This document shows, piece after piece, positions 1 through 10,091 of a stretch of DNA of 64,000 nucleotides. The position numbers and the translations under genes were made by a program. Position 1 is the stretch's first letter. Every line of letters begins with the position of its first letter. Source of the DNA: an uncultured Eubacterium sp. (GTDB lineage Bacteria; Bacillota; Clostridia; Oscillospirales; CAG-272); assembly GCA_900544285.1 (NCBI GenBank), contig UQUT01000005.1, positions 5,251 to 69,250 on the forward strand. The letters are read 5' to 3'. The notes under the pieces were generated by a model. The model saw only the letters and a list, made by a program, of their open reading frames with translations, did no database searches and had not been told where the DNA came from.

Positions 1-918
1 CATCTCTCCGTAGCCGGTGTTGTCCGCCAGCTTTTTCGCCTGCTCGCAAAGCACCTCCGGCGACTTTTCCCTCACCGGACGGAAAACCGCCCCCGCCTGA
101 CAGAACCGGCACCCTCTTATACAGCCCCTGTAAACCTCAAGAGTTATTCTGTCCTGAACCGTCTGAATGAACGGCACGATGAATTTTTCCGGATACGGCG
201 CCTTGTCCATATCCTCAACTATTCTCTTCTGTACCTTTTCCGGTACATCCGGATATTTCGGCTCGAAGCGGCTTATCGTGCCGTCGGCGTTGTAATCGAC
301 GTCGTAAAGCGACGGAACGTAAATCCCCTTTATATGCGAGGCTTCCCTCAGGAATTTTTCCTTTGAATAACCGGCTTTTTTATGCTTGATATAAAGCTCT
401 GTAAGTTCGATATTGACTTCTTCCCCCTCGCCGATTATGAAAAGATCGACAAAGTCCGCAAGGGGCTCACCGTTATAGGCGCAGGGTCCCCCGCAGATGA
501 CAAGCGGGTCGCCGTCTCCTCTTTCGCTTGCGAGGAGCTTGACCTTGCCGAGCTCAAGCATATTTACAAGAGTCGTATAGCAAAGCTCATACTGTATCGA
601 AAATGCGACCATATCGAATTCGCAGAGCGGATCGGACGATTCAAGCGAGCAGAGAGGAATATCATGCTCGCGGAGCTGCTCCTCCATGTCCTCCCATGGC
701 GCAAAGCACCTTTCGCAGGCGATGTTTTCGTGCTTATTGTAAATATCGTAAAGTATTCTCATGCCGAGATTCGACATTCCGATCTCGTATATATCGGGGA
801 AGCAAAAAACAATTCTTGCGTCAAGTCCTTCCTTTTTCTTTACGATCTGTCCCCATTCGCCGCCCGTATACCGCGCGGGCTTCTGAACTTTTTTAAGTAT
901 ACTCTCAGGAATTTTCAT
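1..918 (-). CDS. Radical SAM protein, TIGR03960-like (B12-binding-domain class); C-terminal part lies outside the window
   Basis: My own translation of the minus strand; it is absent from the ORF track because it runs off the edge. It reads MKIPESILKKVQKPARYTGGEWGQ...IGMSNLGMRILY...YRGCIRGCRFCQAG (CxxxCxxC). The ATG at 918-916 lies inside the last codons of addB, a 14-nt overlap. Confidence 0.75.
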   Translation of the reverse strand, partial: MKIPESILKKVQKPARYTGGEWGQIVKKKEGLDARIVFCFPDIYEIGMSNLGMRILYDIYNKHENIACERCFAPWEDMEEQLREHDIPLCSLESSDPLCEFDMVAFSIQYELCYTTLVNMLELGKVKLLASERGDGDPLVICGGPCAYNGEPLADFVDLFIIGEGEEVNIELTELYIKHKKAGYSKEKFLREASHIKGIYVPSLYDVDYNADGTISRFEPKYPDVPEKVQKRIVEDMDKAPYPEKFIVPFIQTVQDRITLEVYRGCIRGCRFCQAGAVFRPVREKSPEVLCEQAKKLADNTGYGEM

Positions 919-3900
919 CTTCCTCTTCCTCGTTACCTTTCATTTTTATTATTCTGCATATAGGCTTCATGCGGCAGTATTTGCATGGGTCGACGCCCTG
1001 GCAGTCAACGGGGACTGCCTGTGCCGCGCCGTTTTTCATTTCCGCGGCGCAGTCGAGCACCGTCTGAACGACGCTCTCCTTCAGCTCCTCAATCGCGTCA
1101 AGCCCCATTGGCTTTTCAGCGTACTTTCTTGACGTCGTCCCGAACGGAAGGAATTCCCCTTTCAGATCCGGCTCCATCGCGCGGGCAAGATCAAGCCTGT
1201 CATCTCCCATAGCCGTAACGAATCCGGAAACCGATTTTTTCTTTTCCCGCTCAGCGTCGAGCTTTATTTTTTCCGAATCCGTATCAAGGTTGACATAAAG
1301 CACGCCCGCGGGAACGGGCTTCTTCCCAAAGCACTTCTCCCCGTTTTCGCAAAGAGAGAAAAGATATAAAAGCATCTGCATGTCAAGTCCCTTTGAAACC
1401 TTACCGAAATCAAAAACTTTTGAGCCCGTTTTATAGTCGATTACGCGCAGATAAAGGTTTCCGTCGTCGGGATTATCGTATGTATCGATTCTGTCCACCC
1501 TGCCGAAAAGGCTGACGGCGCTTTTCCCGTCGTCTATTCTGAGCGCCCCGACGTCGCACCCCTCACCGATCGGAAATTCAAACCTTACCGGTCTGAACTT
1601 ACTTTCCGAAAATTCGCGGCGTATCCTCTGCGCAAATAGCTTTGCCTTTTCGCAGAGGTGATCCGTTATGTGACGGAGACGCGGCGAAAGCTCTCCGAGC
1701 GGTCTTCCCGTCACGGAGCGGATATAGCTCTCCGCGGCAAGCCTTACCGATTTTTCGATTTTCTCCTCCGGACAATCCGGATCGCAGGCGTAACGTGCCG
1801 CGGCTTCAAGCGCGGCATGCATGAAATTGCCGATGTTGACGGCAGAAAAATCCGCGCTGCCTTCATCCGAAATTCTGAGTTCGTAATCGCAGAAATATTT
1901 GAAATGACATTTTATATAGTTTTCGAGCCTTGAATAGCTCGTTTTCGTCTTTTCCCCGAAAAGCTCTTCCGCCGCGTCGCCGGAAATTCTGCACTCTCCC
2001 GCCGACACTGACTCCTTTGCATATGCAAGTCGCTCCGAATATTCCGGCTTTGACGAAAGATATTTCGCCATTGCGCGGGACGCACCGTCGCGCTCTGTCA
2101 ACACATATTCGAGCGCCGCCTCGGCACTGTATATCCTATCGGTTTTCGGAATATCGTCAAATTTCAGTTTCGACGCCTTCGGCAACAGCTTTTTCACCTG
2201 TCGCAGAGCGGCGGAGCCGTCCGTCTTTCCGACGGGAGCATATGTTATGAAAAGAATTTCGGAAGGGGCGCACACCGCCTGATAAAAATAATAATTTTCG
2301 TCAGAAATGCTCTTTTCAAGTGTTGATGAGAACTCAATTCCGCGCTTGCGGAGAAGATTCTTCTCAAACTCGGAGATAATTCCCTCCTCCGATATTCTTT
2401 TCGGAAAGACGCCGTCCGTCGCGCCGAGAATATAAACGATTTTCACTTTCGGGTGCGTGTTTGCCGCCCCGCCAATGACAACCTCGTCGACAGAGGTGGG
2501 TATCGAGCCTATGTCCGTTTCCGAAAACGCGAGTTTCAGAAGTCTCAGAAAGCCTTCCGCGTCCGTATTTTTTTCTCCCGCACTGCCGACGGTCTGGTCA
2601 AGAGCGTCCATCAGCGCGCGCCAGAGCTGGGCGAATTCCTCCGCGCCCTTCGCGTCGCCGACCTTTGCCGCAAGAGCGGCGTCACCCTTCAGCTTTGAAG
2701 GGATTTCCATGCTCATCAGAAAATCGTAAAGCGCCGTTGCGTGATCCTTGACCGTTGTGCAGTTTCCGATGAGTCCCGCAAAGGCAAGAAGCGGCTTGCG
2801 AACGGTCTCTCTCAAAGCATTCAGCGTTTCAAGCGCTTCTTCATCGCCATCGCGTATCCTGTCATCATAGCCCCGCAGGGGTGCCGTCCACGTCTCGTCC
2901 GACGTGAATTTCTTTCCCTGGAGCTTCCATTTTATAAGGTAATTTTCGAGCATATCACACTCATCGCCCGATATTCCCGCGTAGTCTGTTTTTATGTATT
3001 CGATTATGTCTCCGAGCCTGAATCCTCTTACGATGCACGCATAGGCGGAATAAATGAATTTGACGATTCCCCTCTCGTCTATATCCGTCCGATGGGAAAC
3101 ATAATAAGGTATGTCCGCCTTTTCAAGCTCCGAATCGATTATTCCGGCATAGCTTTCGGTATCGCGCGCGATAACAGCCATATCACGGTATCTGTAACCC
3201 TTCCGCACCCGCTTTGCAATATCGGTTGCAACGGCTTCCGCTTCCTCGTGCCTGTTTCGACATTCCACGATAAAGACCCCGTCGCCATATACGTCCGTTT
3301 CGCCGTCGCTCTTCCGGAGCAGAAACAGCCTGTCCGCAAGATATTCAATGCTCTTGTTCTTATATCCGAGCCTGCGGGAAAATTCAAGCGGCTTTGCGAT
3401 TTCCGTCCCCGCTTCTTTTGCGACGGCATGAAGAATCGCATCTGTTTTCGCAAGTGAAACAAACGCCGTACTGTCCCTGTCGTCCGCAGGCACATAGCCG
3501 AGGGTTATATATGTATCGCAGGCGCGGGAAAATATAAGCGAAAGCATGCCGTATTGCTGTTTTGTGAAGCTGATGAAAGAGTCTATGAAAACGTCGCTTC
3601 CGTCAAAAAAGTCGCCGCAGACCTCGCACGCCTTCGATATCGCCCCGTCCGGCTCCGACCATCTCTTTGCGATTTCTCCGTCATAAGCGGCGAAGATTTT
3701 CGCAAGATCACAGAGCTTTGCGCGGGTTTTCGGCGTTTCGGAAATGTCCTCAGCCGCCTCGGCAAGCTGCTCCGGCGTTATCATGTTTTTATAAAATTCC
3801 GAACGCTCCCCCGTCAGCTTTTCAACAGTTGAAAGGTCGGAAGGCGAGACTTTGCCGAAGCAGTCAAGCTCGGCTTTTATATCGCGCAGAACGCCGTACA

Positions 3901-4162
3901 TTATGATTTTCTTTGCGCCCGCTCCGATATAGCTTTGGCAAATGCTGCCCTTCTTGCGGAATATATAGTTTACGAGGCGGGAAAACGTGACGACGTCGAT
4001 ATTTTCTCCGCCTTCGAGCTCTGCGCATTTTCTTTCCGCCGCAACGGCTTCTCTGTCCGGCACGATGATGAAAACACGGCGGCTCTTTGCGGACTCGCTC
4101 GCCTTTGCATACAGCCAGTCGCTCTTTCCGGATGACGTTCTTCCGTATATGAAGTGAAGCAT
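905..4162 (-). CDS. addB: Helicase-exonuclease AddAB, subunit AddB
   Basis: 1085 aa. N-terminal P-loop GRTSSGKS; RecB-type nuclease motifs GRVDRID and IDYKTG; C-terminal Cys cluster CKYCRMKPIC typical of the AddB Fe-S domain. Confidence 0.85.
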   Translation of the reverse strand: MLHFIYGRTSSGKSDWLYAKASESAKSRRVFIIVPDREAVAAERKCAELEGGENIDVVTFSRLVNYIFRKKGSICQSYIGAGAKKIIMYGVLRDIKAELDCFGKVSPSDLSTVEKLTGERSEFYKNMITPEQLAEAAEDISETPKTRAKLCDLAKIFAAYDGEIAKRWSEPDGAISKACEVCGDFFDGSDVFIDSFISFTKQQYGMLSLIFSRACDTYITLGYVPADDRDSTAFVSLAKTDAILHAVAKEAGTEIAKPLEFSRRLGYKNKSIEYLADRLFLLRKSDGETDVYGDGVFIVECRNRHEEAEAVATDIAKRVRKGYRYRDMAVIARDTESYAGIIDSELEKADIPYYVSHRTDIDERGIVKFIYSAYACIVRGFRLGDIIEYIKTDYAGISGDECDMLENYLIKWKLQGKKFTSDETWTAPLRGYDDRIRDGDEEALETLNALRETVRKPLLAFAGLIGNCTTVKDHATALYDFLMSMEIPSKLKGDAALAAKVGDAKGAEEFAQLWRALMDALDQTVGSAGEKNTDAEGFLRLLKLAFSETDIGSIPTSVDEVVIGGAANTHPKVKIVYILGATDGVFPKRISEEGIISEFEKNLLRKRGIEFSSTLEKSISDENYYFYQAVCAPSEILFITYAPVGKTDGSAALRQVKKLLPKASKLKFDDIPKTDRIYSAEAALEYVLTERDGASRAMAKYLSSKPEYSERLAYAKESVSAGECRISGDAAEELFGEKTKTSYSRLENYIKCHFKYFCDYELRISDEGSADFSAVNIGNFMHAALEAAARYACDPDCPEEKIEKSVRLAAESYIRSVTGRPLGELSPRLRHITDHLCEKAKLFAQRIRREFSESKFRPVRFEFPIGEGCDVGALRIDDGKSAVSLFGRVDRIDTYDNPDDGNLYLRVIDYKTGSKVFDFGKVSKGLDMQMLLYLFSLCENGEKCFGKKPVPAGVLYVNLDTDSEKIKLDAEREKKKSVSGFVTAMGDDRLDLARAMEPDLKGEFLPFGTTSRKYAEKPMGLDAIEELKESVVQTVLDCAAEMKNGAAQAVPVDCQGVDPCKYCRMKPICRIIKMKGNEEEEDENS

Positions 4163-4177
4163 TTTCCCGTTCTCCTT

Positions 4178-4819
4178 TCAGAAAATTTCAACGATTCTTA
4201 TGTTCTCCCGTGAAGCAAGCGTCTTTACAAGCGAGAAAACAAAGCTGATATGAATATATATTTTTCCGTCATTCGGCTTTGACGCGCTGAGGAAACCGCA
4301 TTTGAAAATCGAGGCCGAAACGCACATCAGCGTGCCCTTCTTCTTCAGCTCCTCCGCATATCCTCCGTCGACATCCTCATAGACTATATAAACCGTGCCG
4401 GAAAGGTCGTCAAAGCGCTTTCTGCAATGCTTTCTTGAAAAAACAGCGATAAGCGCGCCGAGCAGGGAAATCAGAAAAGCCGCCGGCAGGAGCAACAGCG
4501 CAAGCACCGCCGCAATGGCGATAGTCGCACCGCTCTGAATAAGGATAATTATAAGATACGCAATTCTGACAACCGACGACGCCAGAAGAAATCTTTTCAG
4601 TCCGAAAAATATTTTGGAGCATATATCCGCCGTCGCGGACATGTTTATCGCGTTTTTCAGATATCCGACATAGCCCGAATTTCTTTCCGCGTTTGTTCTT
4701 CGCAGAAACTCCTTGACGGGCTCGTTATTTCTGCCCGTCAGACTTGCAAGCCTGCGCTTGTAATATGCGTTTTCGGTTTTCAGTATCGCATTTTCTATTT
4801 TCAGCTTTTCGTGACTCAT
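4178..4819 (-). CDS. Hypothetical membrane protein with an N-terminal coiled-coil segment
   Basis: ORF 4178..4843. I prefer the ATG at 4819 (MSHEKLKIEN...) because AAGGAGG lies about 9 nt upstream. A central hydrophobic stretch is present. No family recognised. Confidence 0.5.
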   Translation of the reverse strand: MSHEKLKIENAILKTENAYYKRRLASLTGRNNEPVKEFLRRTNAERNSGYVGYLKNAINMSATADICSKIFFGLKRFLLASSVVRIAYLIIILIQSGATIAIAAVLALLLLPAAFLISLLGALIAVFSRKHCRKRFDDLSGTVYIVYEDVDGGYAEELKKKGTLMCVSASIFKCGFLSASKPNDGKIYIHISFVFSLVKTLASRENIRIVEIF

Positions 4820-4867
4820 ATTCATCCCCCTCCTTCCGTGCATATTCCTTTGCAGTCGCCGCCCGAT

Positions 4868-5698
4868 TTAATCTTCCTCAAAGAGCAGCCGCAGGTTTCT
4901 TTCGACAGTCGCCCGCCCTCTCCATGAGAAAGCGCGCTTTTTGAATTCTTCATCCGTCATTTCCGAAAGCGCCTCCGGCGTCAGATTTTTTATTCTGTTC
5001 TCTCTGAAAAATTCAATCGGCGTTTCAGCCCCGCCGTCAATCGCTTTTTTCACAAGCGGACAGACAAGCTGGCAGATATCGCAGCCCCACGCGCTGCCGT
5101 ATTTTTTTATGTAAGCCTTTTCGTTCTCCGAAAGGTCGCCCTTTTTCTGAGTGACAGCCGAAAGACAGTCCATTCCGCTTTCCGTCATCGGGCAGGCGCG
5201 GCGGCACGCACCGCAATGCGGGCAATATGAAAGCGGAAAATCGCCCCGCGGGTCACAGCCGAAGTCTTCGGGAGGATTGTCCGTAAACACCTCCGCAAGG
5301 AAAACAAATGAGCCGTATTTTTCGTTTATGATGACGTAGCTGTCACCGACGACGCCGAGTCCCGCGCGGCAGGCGGCGTCCGCCTCTTCAATCGGGGACT
5401 TATCCGAAAAGCCAACAAACCTTCCGCCGAACTTCTCACCGAGCTTTCCGCAAAGCCGCGGAAAAAGCCCGTCGCAATAGGCGTGATAATCCATCGGGCG
5501 CGCATAGAGCGAAATATTGCCTTCCCCGTCACCCATATAATACGGAATGAGAAACATTATCGCCGTTTTTGCTTGTTCAGCCGGAAGACCGGCTCTCAAA
5601 AGAATATCCGGGCGGCGGACTTTGCATTTTTCAATCGGGAGCGGAGCAAAACACTCTATGTTTTCCGAAAGGAATATCCCGCGAAGCTCGTCTTTCAT
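4868..5698 (-). CDS. queG: Epoxyqueuosine reductase (QueG)-like 4Fe-4S protein, short form
   Basis: YARPMDYH motif plus two ferredoxin-type motifs (CPHCGACRRACP, CDICQLVCP). At 276 aa it is shorter than canonical QueG. Confidence 0.55.
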   Translation of the reverse strand: MKDELRGIFLSENIECFAPLPIEKCKVRRPDILLRAGLPAEQAKTAIMFLIPYYMGDGEGNISLYARPMDYHAYCDGLFPRLCGKLGEKFGGRFVGFSDKSPIEEADAACRAGLGVVGDSYVIINEKYGSFVFLAEVFTDNPPEDFGCDPRGDFPLSYCPHCGACRRACPMTESGMDCLSAVTQKKGDLSENEKAYIKKYGSAWGCDICQLVCPLVKKAIDGGAETPIEFFRENRIKNLTPEALSEMTDEEFKKRAFSWRGRATVERNLRLLFEED

Positions 5699-5737
5699 AT
5701 ACTTTATATCCTCATCATGCGTTTTTGCAAATTTTTC

Positions 5738-5766
5738 TTGAATAAAACATCAATATATGGTATAAT
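5738..5766 (+). promoter_or_regulatory. Sigma-A type promoter upstream of parE
   Basis: TTGAAT (5738-5743), a 17-nt spacer ending in TGg, then TATAAT (5761-5766). Confidence 0.55.
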
Positions 5767-5873
5767 AAATCAGATTGAAATAAGTTGCGCGTTCTGCGCC
5801 TATAAAGATATTATAACAAATTTTCATAATAAATCAACAGAAAATTCAGTAAAACATTGAGCGGAGTGATAAA

Positions 5874-7856
5874 ATGGCTGTCAAAAACAACACTTACAAC
5901 GACAACAGTATAACCATGCTGAAAGGGGCGGAACGCGTTCGTGCTCGTCCTGCCGTCATTTTCGGTTCGGACAGTATCGAAGGGTGCGAACATTCCGTTT
6001 TTGAGATTCTCTCAAACTCGGTCGACGAGGCACGCGAGGGCTACGGAGACAGAATAAACATAACCGTTTTCAGCGATCGCACCATCCGCATTGAGGACTT
6101 CGGGCGCGGCGTCCCGCTCGACTATAACGAAAAGGAGCACGCTTATAACTGGGAGCTTGTCTATTGCGAGCTTTATGCCGGCGGTAAATACAACAATAAC
6201 GAAAGCGGCTCAAACTATAAATATTCTCTCGGACTGAACGGTCTCGGCGCGGCGGCGACGCAGTGTTCATCGGAATTCATGAAGGTGCAGTCGTATCATA
6301 CGACGGAAATGCTCGAAATGAACTTCAAGAAGGGCGAGCCCGACGGCGAACTCATCCGCACCCCCCTTTCAAAAAAGGAGCAGAGGACGGGAACCGTTGT
6401 CACGTGGCGTCCCGACCTTGAAGTGTTCACGGATACGAACATCCCGAAGATATTCTTTGAAACAATGCTTGAACGTCAGGCTGTCGTCAATGCGGGACTG
6501 CATTTCGTTTTCCGCTGGCAGACGATGGAGGGCGATTTTGAAGAAAAAGAGTATTACTATGAATCCGGCATAAAGGATTATATCGCCCGCATGGCGGGAG
6601 CGGAAGCAATCACTCCTCCGCAGTATTATCAGATGGAGACAAGAGGTCGCGACCGTGCCGACAAGAACGATTACAGTCTGAAAGCCGAATTCGCGTTCTG
6701 CTTTTCAAATTCGTTCCAACTCATCGAATATTATCATAACTCCAGCTTTCTTGAACACGGCGGCTCGCCCGACAAGGCGGCAAGGGTAGCGTTTGTATAC
6801 GCCATCGACAAATATATAAAGCAGACCGGCAAATACAATAAAAACGATTCTAAGATAACCTTTGCGGACATTGAGGACTGCCTTGTCCTCGTCATAAACA
6901 GCTTTTCGACCGAAACGTCATATGCAAACCAGACAAAAAAGGCAATAACGAACGAATTCATAGCCGAGGCTATGACAGACTATCTCAAAAGCACGCTTGA
7001 AGTTTATTTCGCGGAAAATCCGCTCGACGCAGACAAAATCGCGGCGCAGGTGCTCGTCAACAAGCGCAGCCGCGAAACGGCGGAGAGCACCCGTCTCAAC
7101 CTCAAAAAGAAGCTCAGTACTTCAAACGACATAGCGTCCAGAGTTGAAAAATTCGTTTCGTGCCGCTCAAAAGACCCCGAAAGGCGCGAGCTTTATATCG
7201 TTGAGGGTGACTCGGCTCTCACATCCTGTAAGCTCGGCAGAGACGCGGAGTTTCAGGCGATAATCCCCGTCAGGGGCAAGACGCTGAACTGTCTCAAAGC
7301 GGGCTATGACAGAATCTTCAAGAGCGACATTATAACCGACCTTCTGAAAGTCATAGGCTGCGGAGTTGAAGTAAAACAAAAAGGCGAGGCAACCTTTGAC
7401 CTCGACTCTCTGAAATGGAGCAAAATCATCATCTGCACCGATGCCGACGAGGACGGCTTCCAGATAAGAACGCTCATTCTCACAATGTTTTATCGGCTCC
7501 TGCCGACTCTCATAAAGGAAGGCAGAGTCTATATTGCGGAGTCGCCGCTTTTTGAGATTGCGTCAAAGGACAAGATATATTTCGCATACAACGAAAAGGA
7601 AAAACTCGAAATACTGAAAAATATCGGAAACGCAAGATACACGCTGCAACGCTCAAAGGGTCTCGGCGAAAACGAGCCCGAGATGATGTGGCAAACGACG
7701 ATGAACCCCGCAACCCGCAGGCTGATAAAGATCTGCGAGGCGGACAGAGCGCAGACGGAATACATCTTTGAAACGCTCCTCGGAGACGACATCGTCGAAA
7801 GAAAGGATTTCATAGCGCGCAACGGCAAATTCTATCTTGCCGATGCGGATATTTAA
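5874..7856 (+). CDS. parE: Type IIA DNA topoisomerase subunit B (ParE/GyrB family, ParE-like)
   Basis: 660 aa. GHKL ATPase N-terminus (ERVRARPAVIFGS, EILSNSVDEA), Toprim EGDSA and PVRGK, and DADEDG motifs. Confidence 0.8.
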   Translation: MAVKNNTYNDNSITMLKGAERVRARPAVIFGSDSIEGCEHSVFEILSNSVDEAREGYGDRINITVFSDRTIRIEDFGRGVPLDYNEKEHAYNWELVYCELYAGGKYNNNESGSNYKYSLGLNGLGAAATQCSSEFMKVQSYHTTEMLEMNFKKGEPDGELIRTPLSKKEQRTGTVVTWRPDLEVFTDTNIPKIFFETMLERQAVVNAGLHFVFRWQTMEGDFEEKEYYYESGIKDYIARMAGAEAITPPQYYQMETRGRDRADKNDYSLKAEFAFCFSNSFQLIEYYHNSSFLEHGGSPDKAARVAFVYAIDKYIKQTGKYNKNDSKITFADIEDCLVLVINSFSTETSYANQTKKAITNEFIAEAMTDYLKSTLEVYFAENPLDADKIAAQVLVNKRSRETAESTRLNLKKKLSTSNDIASRVEKFVSCRSKDPERRELYIVEGDSALTSCKLGRDAEFQAIIPVRGKTLNCLKAGYDRIFKSDIITDLLKVIGCGVEVKQKGEATFDLDSLKWSKIIICTDADEDGFQIRTLILTMFYRLLPTLIKEGRVYIAESPLFEIASKDKIYFAYNEKEKLEILKNIGNARYTLQRSKGLGENEPEMMWQTTMNPATRRLIKICEADRAQTEYIFETLLGDDIVERKDFIARNGKFYLADADI

Positions 7857-7877
7857 TGAAAGGGAGGTAAAAAAACA

Positions 7878-10091
7878 ATGGCAAGAAAAAAGAAAAGCGA
7901 CCAGATCACATTTGACGACCTCCCGCCGGCAGAGCCGACGAATCAGCCCATAACGGAGACGATAGAAAAGAACTATATGCCATACGTTATGTCTGTCATA
8001 GTTTCCCGCGCGATACCGGAAATTGACGGCTTCAAGCCGTCGCACAGAAAACTCCTTTACACAATGTACAAGATGGGACTTCTGACCGGCGCAAGGACAA
8101 AGAGCGCAAACATCGTCGGTCAGACAATGCGCTTAAACCCTCACGGCGACGCCGCAATCTACGAAACGATGGTCAGACTGACGCGCGGAAACGAAGCGTT
8201 GCTTCATCCCTTCGTCGACTCCAAGGGCAGCTTCGGAAAGCAATACAGCCGCGATATGGCGTATGCCGCTTCGCGTTATACCGAGGCAAAGCTCGACCCG
8301 ATATGCGCGGAAATTTTCGGCGGTATAGACAGAAACGCCGTCGACCTTGTTCCCAACTACGACAACACGACAACCGAGCCGACCCTGCTCCCGACGTCGT
8401 TCCCGAATATTCTCGTTTCATCGAATATGGGTATTGCCGTCGGACTTCAGAGCCAGATATGCTCGTTCAATCTGGGCGAGGTCTGCGACGGAACGATTGC
8501 CGTCCTCCGCAATCCCGCTCTCCCGACGGACGAGCTTATGGACATAATCAAGGCGCCCGATTTTCCCGGCGGCGGAAGCCTTATCTACAATCGCGAGCAG
8601 ATGCGGGACATTTTTGAAACGGGCAGAGGCAAGCTGACGCTCCGTTCAAGATATGTTTATGACAAAAACTCCGGCTGTATCGAAATCGTTGAAATTCCTT
8701 ATTCAACGTCGATTGAGCTGATTTTCAAAAAGCTGACCGATATGATAAAAGAAGGGCAGCTCAAGGAAGTCACCGACGTGCGCGACGAAATTGACCTGCA
8801 CGGCTTCAAGCTCACCATTGACGTAAGGCGCGGAACAGACCCCGACATGCTGATGGCAAAGCTCTTCAGGAAAACGCCCCTGCAGGACGACTTTACCTGC
8901 AATTTCAACGTCCTCATCGACGGCGAGCCGAGGCTTCTCGGCGTTCGGGCGATAATTGAAGAATGGATAAAATTCAGAATGAAGTGCGTCGGCAGGACGC
9001 TCTCCTTTGACCTCGACAGAAAGTGCGAAAAGCTCCATCTGCTCCTCGGTCTCGGCGAGATACTGCTGGATATCGACAAGGCGATAAAAATCGTGCGCGA
9101 GACGGAAAAGGACGCGGACGTCGTGCCGAACCTTATGGAGGGCTTCGGAATTGACAGAGTTCAGGCGGAATACATTGCGGAGATAAAGCTCCGTCATCTC
9201 AACCGCGAATACATCATCGAGCGCATAAAGGAAATCGAAAGCCTCAAACGCGAAATCGAGGATCTGCGCGAGACGCTCGGCTCCGAAAAGAAGCTGAAAA
9301 AGCTCATCGCAACTCAGCTTGAGGAGGTCAAGAAGAAATACGCCGTGCCGAGAAAAACACGTCTCATCACGGACGATACGGTCGTCGAATACAAGGAAGA
9401 GGACTTTGTTGACAATTACAACGTCAAGTTCTATTTCACGAAGGGCGGATATTTCAAGAAAATCACGCTCACTTCCCTGCGCGGAGCCGACGAGCAAAAG
9501 CTCAAGGACGGAGATGAAATAGCACAGGTGACGGACGGAGAAAACATCTCCGAACTGCTCTTCGTTTCGGATAAGCAGCGCATTTACCGCGCGAAAGCCT
9601 CCGATTTCGATACCTGCAAGGCGTCCGCCCTCGGCGATTACATTCCCGCAAAGCTCGGCTTTGAAAAGGATGAAAAAGTCATCGCCATGGACGTCGACAC
9701 AAAGTATGACGAAAAGCATTTCATAGTCTATATTTTTGAAAACGGCAAGGGCGTCAAAATTCCGCTCTCGCTCTATGAGACAAAGGCGGCGAGAAAGAAG
9801 CTCGTCGCGGCTTATTCCGCGGCTTCGCCGATAGTTGCGGCGTTCTTCATTTCCGAAAATGAAGATATAATTCTTGTGAATTCGCAGAACAAAGCGATTG
9901 TCATAAACACAAAGCTCGTTCCCGAAAAGGCAACAAGGACGGCGGGCGGCGTCACCCTGTTCACCCTCAAGGCGGGACAGACGATAACCGAGGCGAGTCG
10001 CGAAATTCAGAAATACAAGGGCTCCGACCGTTGTAGAAAGATAAAAATTCCGGCAACCGGCACGGCACTTGATACGGCGGAAAAGTCATGA
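7878..10091 (+). CDS. parC: Type IIA DNA topoisomerase subunit A (ParC/GyrA family, ParC-like)
   Basis: 737 aa. MPYVMSVIVSRAIPEIDGFKPSHRKLLY and active-site region AASRYTEAKL. I saw no GyrA-box (QRRGGKG-like) in the C-terminal domain. Sits 21 nt after parE. Confidence 0.8.
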   Translation: MARKKKSDQITFDDLPPAEPTNQPITETIEKNYMPYVMSVIVSRAIPEIDGFKPSHRKLLYTMYKMGLLTGARTKSANIVGQTMRLNPHGDAAIYETMVRLTRGNEALLHPFVDSKGSFGKQYSRDMAYAASRYTEAKLDPICAEIFGGIDRNAVDLVPNYDNTTTEPTLLPTSFPNILVSSNMGIAVGLQSQICSFNLGEVCDGTIAVLRNPALPTDELMDIIKAPDFPGGGSLIYNREQMRDIFETGRGKLTLRSRYVYDKNSGCIEIVEIPYSTSIELIFKKLTDMIKEGQLKEVTDVRDEIDLHGFKLTIDVRRGTDPDMLMAKLFRKTPLQDDFTCNFNVLIDGEPRLLGVRAIIEEWIKFRMKCVGRTLSFDLDRKCEKLHLLLGLGEILLDIDKAIKIVRETEKDADVVPNLMEGFGIDRVQAEYIAEIKLRHLNREYIIERIKEIESLKREIEDLRETLGSEKKLKKLIATQLEEVKKKYAVPRKTRLITDDTVVEYKEEDFVDNYNVKFYFTKGGYFKKITLTSLRGADEQKLKDGDEIAQVTDGENISELLFVSDKQRIYRAKASDFDTCKASALGDYIPAKLGFEKDEKVIAMDVDTKYDEKHFIVYIFENGKGVKIPLSLYETKAARKKLVAAYSAASPIVAAFFISENEDIILVNSQNKAIVINTKLVPEKATRTAGGVTLFTLKAGQTITEASREIQKYKGSDRCRKIKIPATGTALDTAEKS

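Noticed and set aside
382-963. 193-aa plus-strand ORF at the left edge.
   Set aside because: It is the antisense shadow of the minus-strand radical SAM gene, whose translation shows the CxxxCxxC motif and a conserved N-terminus.
8703-9719. Long antisense ORFs inside well-supported genes. Examples: 8703-9719 (338 aa, inside parC), 38689-39471 (260 aa), 52780-53829 (349 aa), 54195-55037 (280 aa), 47602-48267, 45607-46227, 19509-20249 and 2741-3457.
   Set aside because: Each lies fully opposite a gene with clear family motifs. They have skewed, low-complexity composition (R/F/V/C-rich), lack RBSs and show no recognisable motifs. They are typical shadow ORFs.
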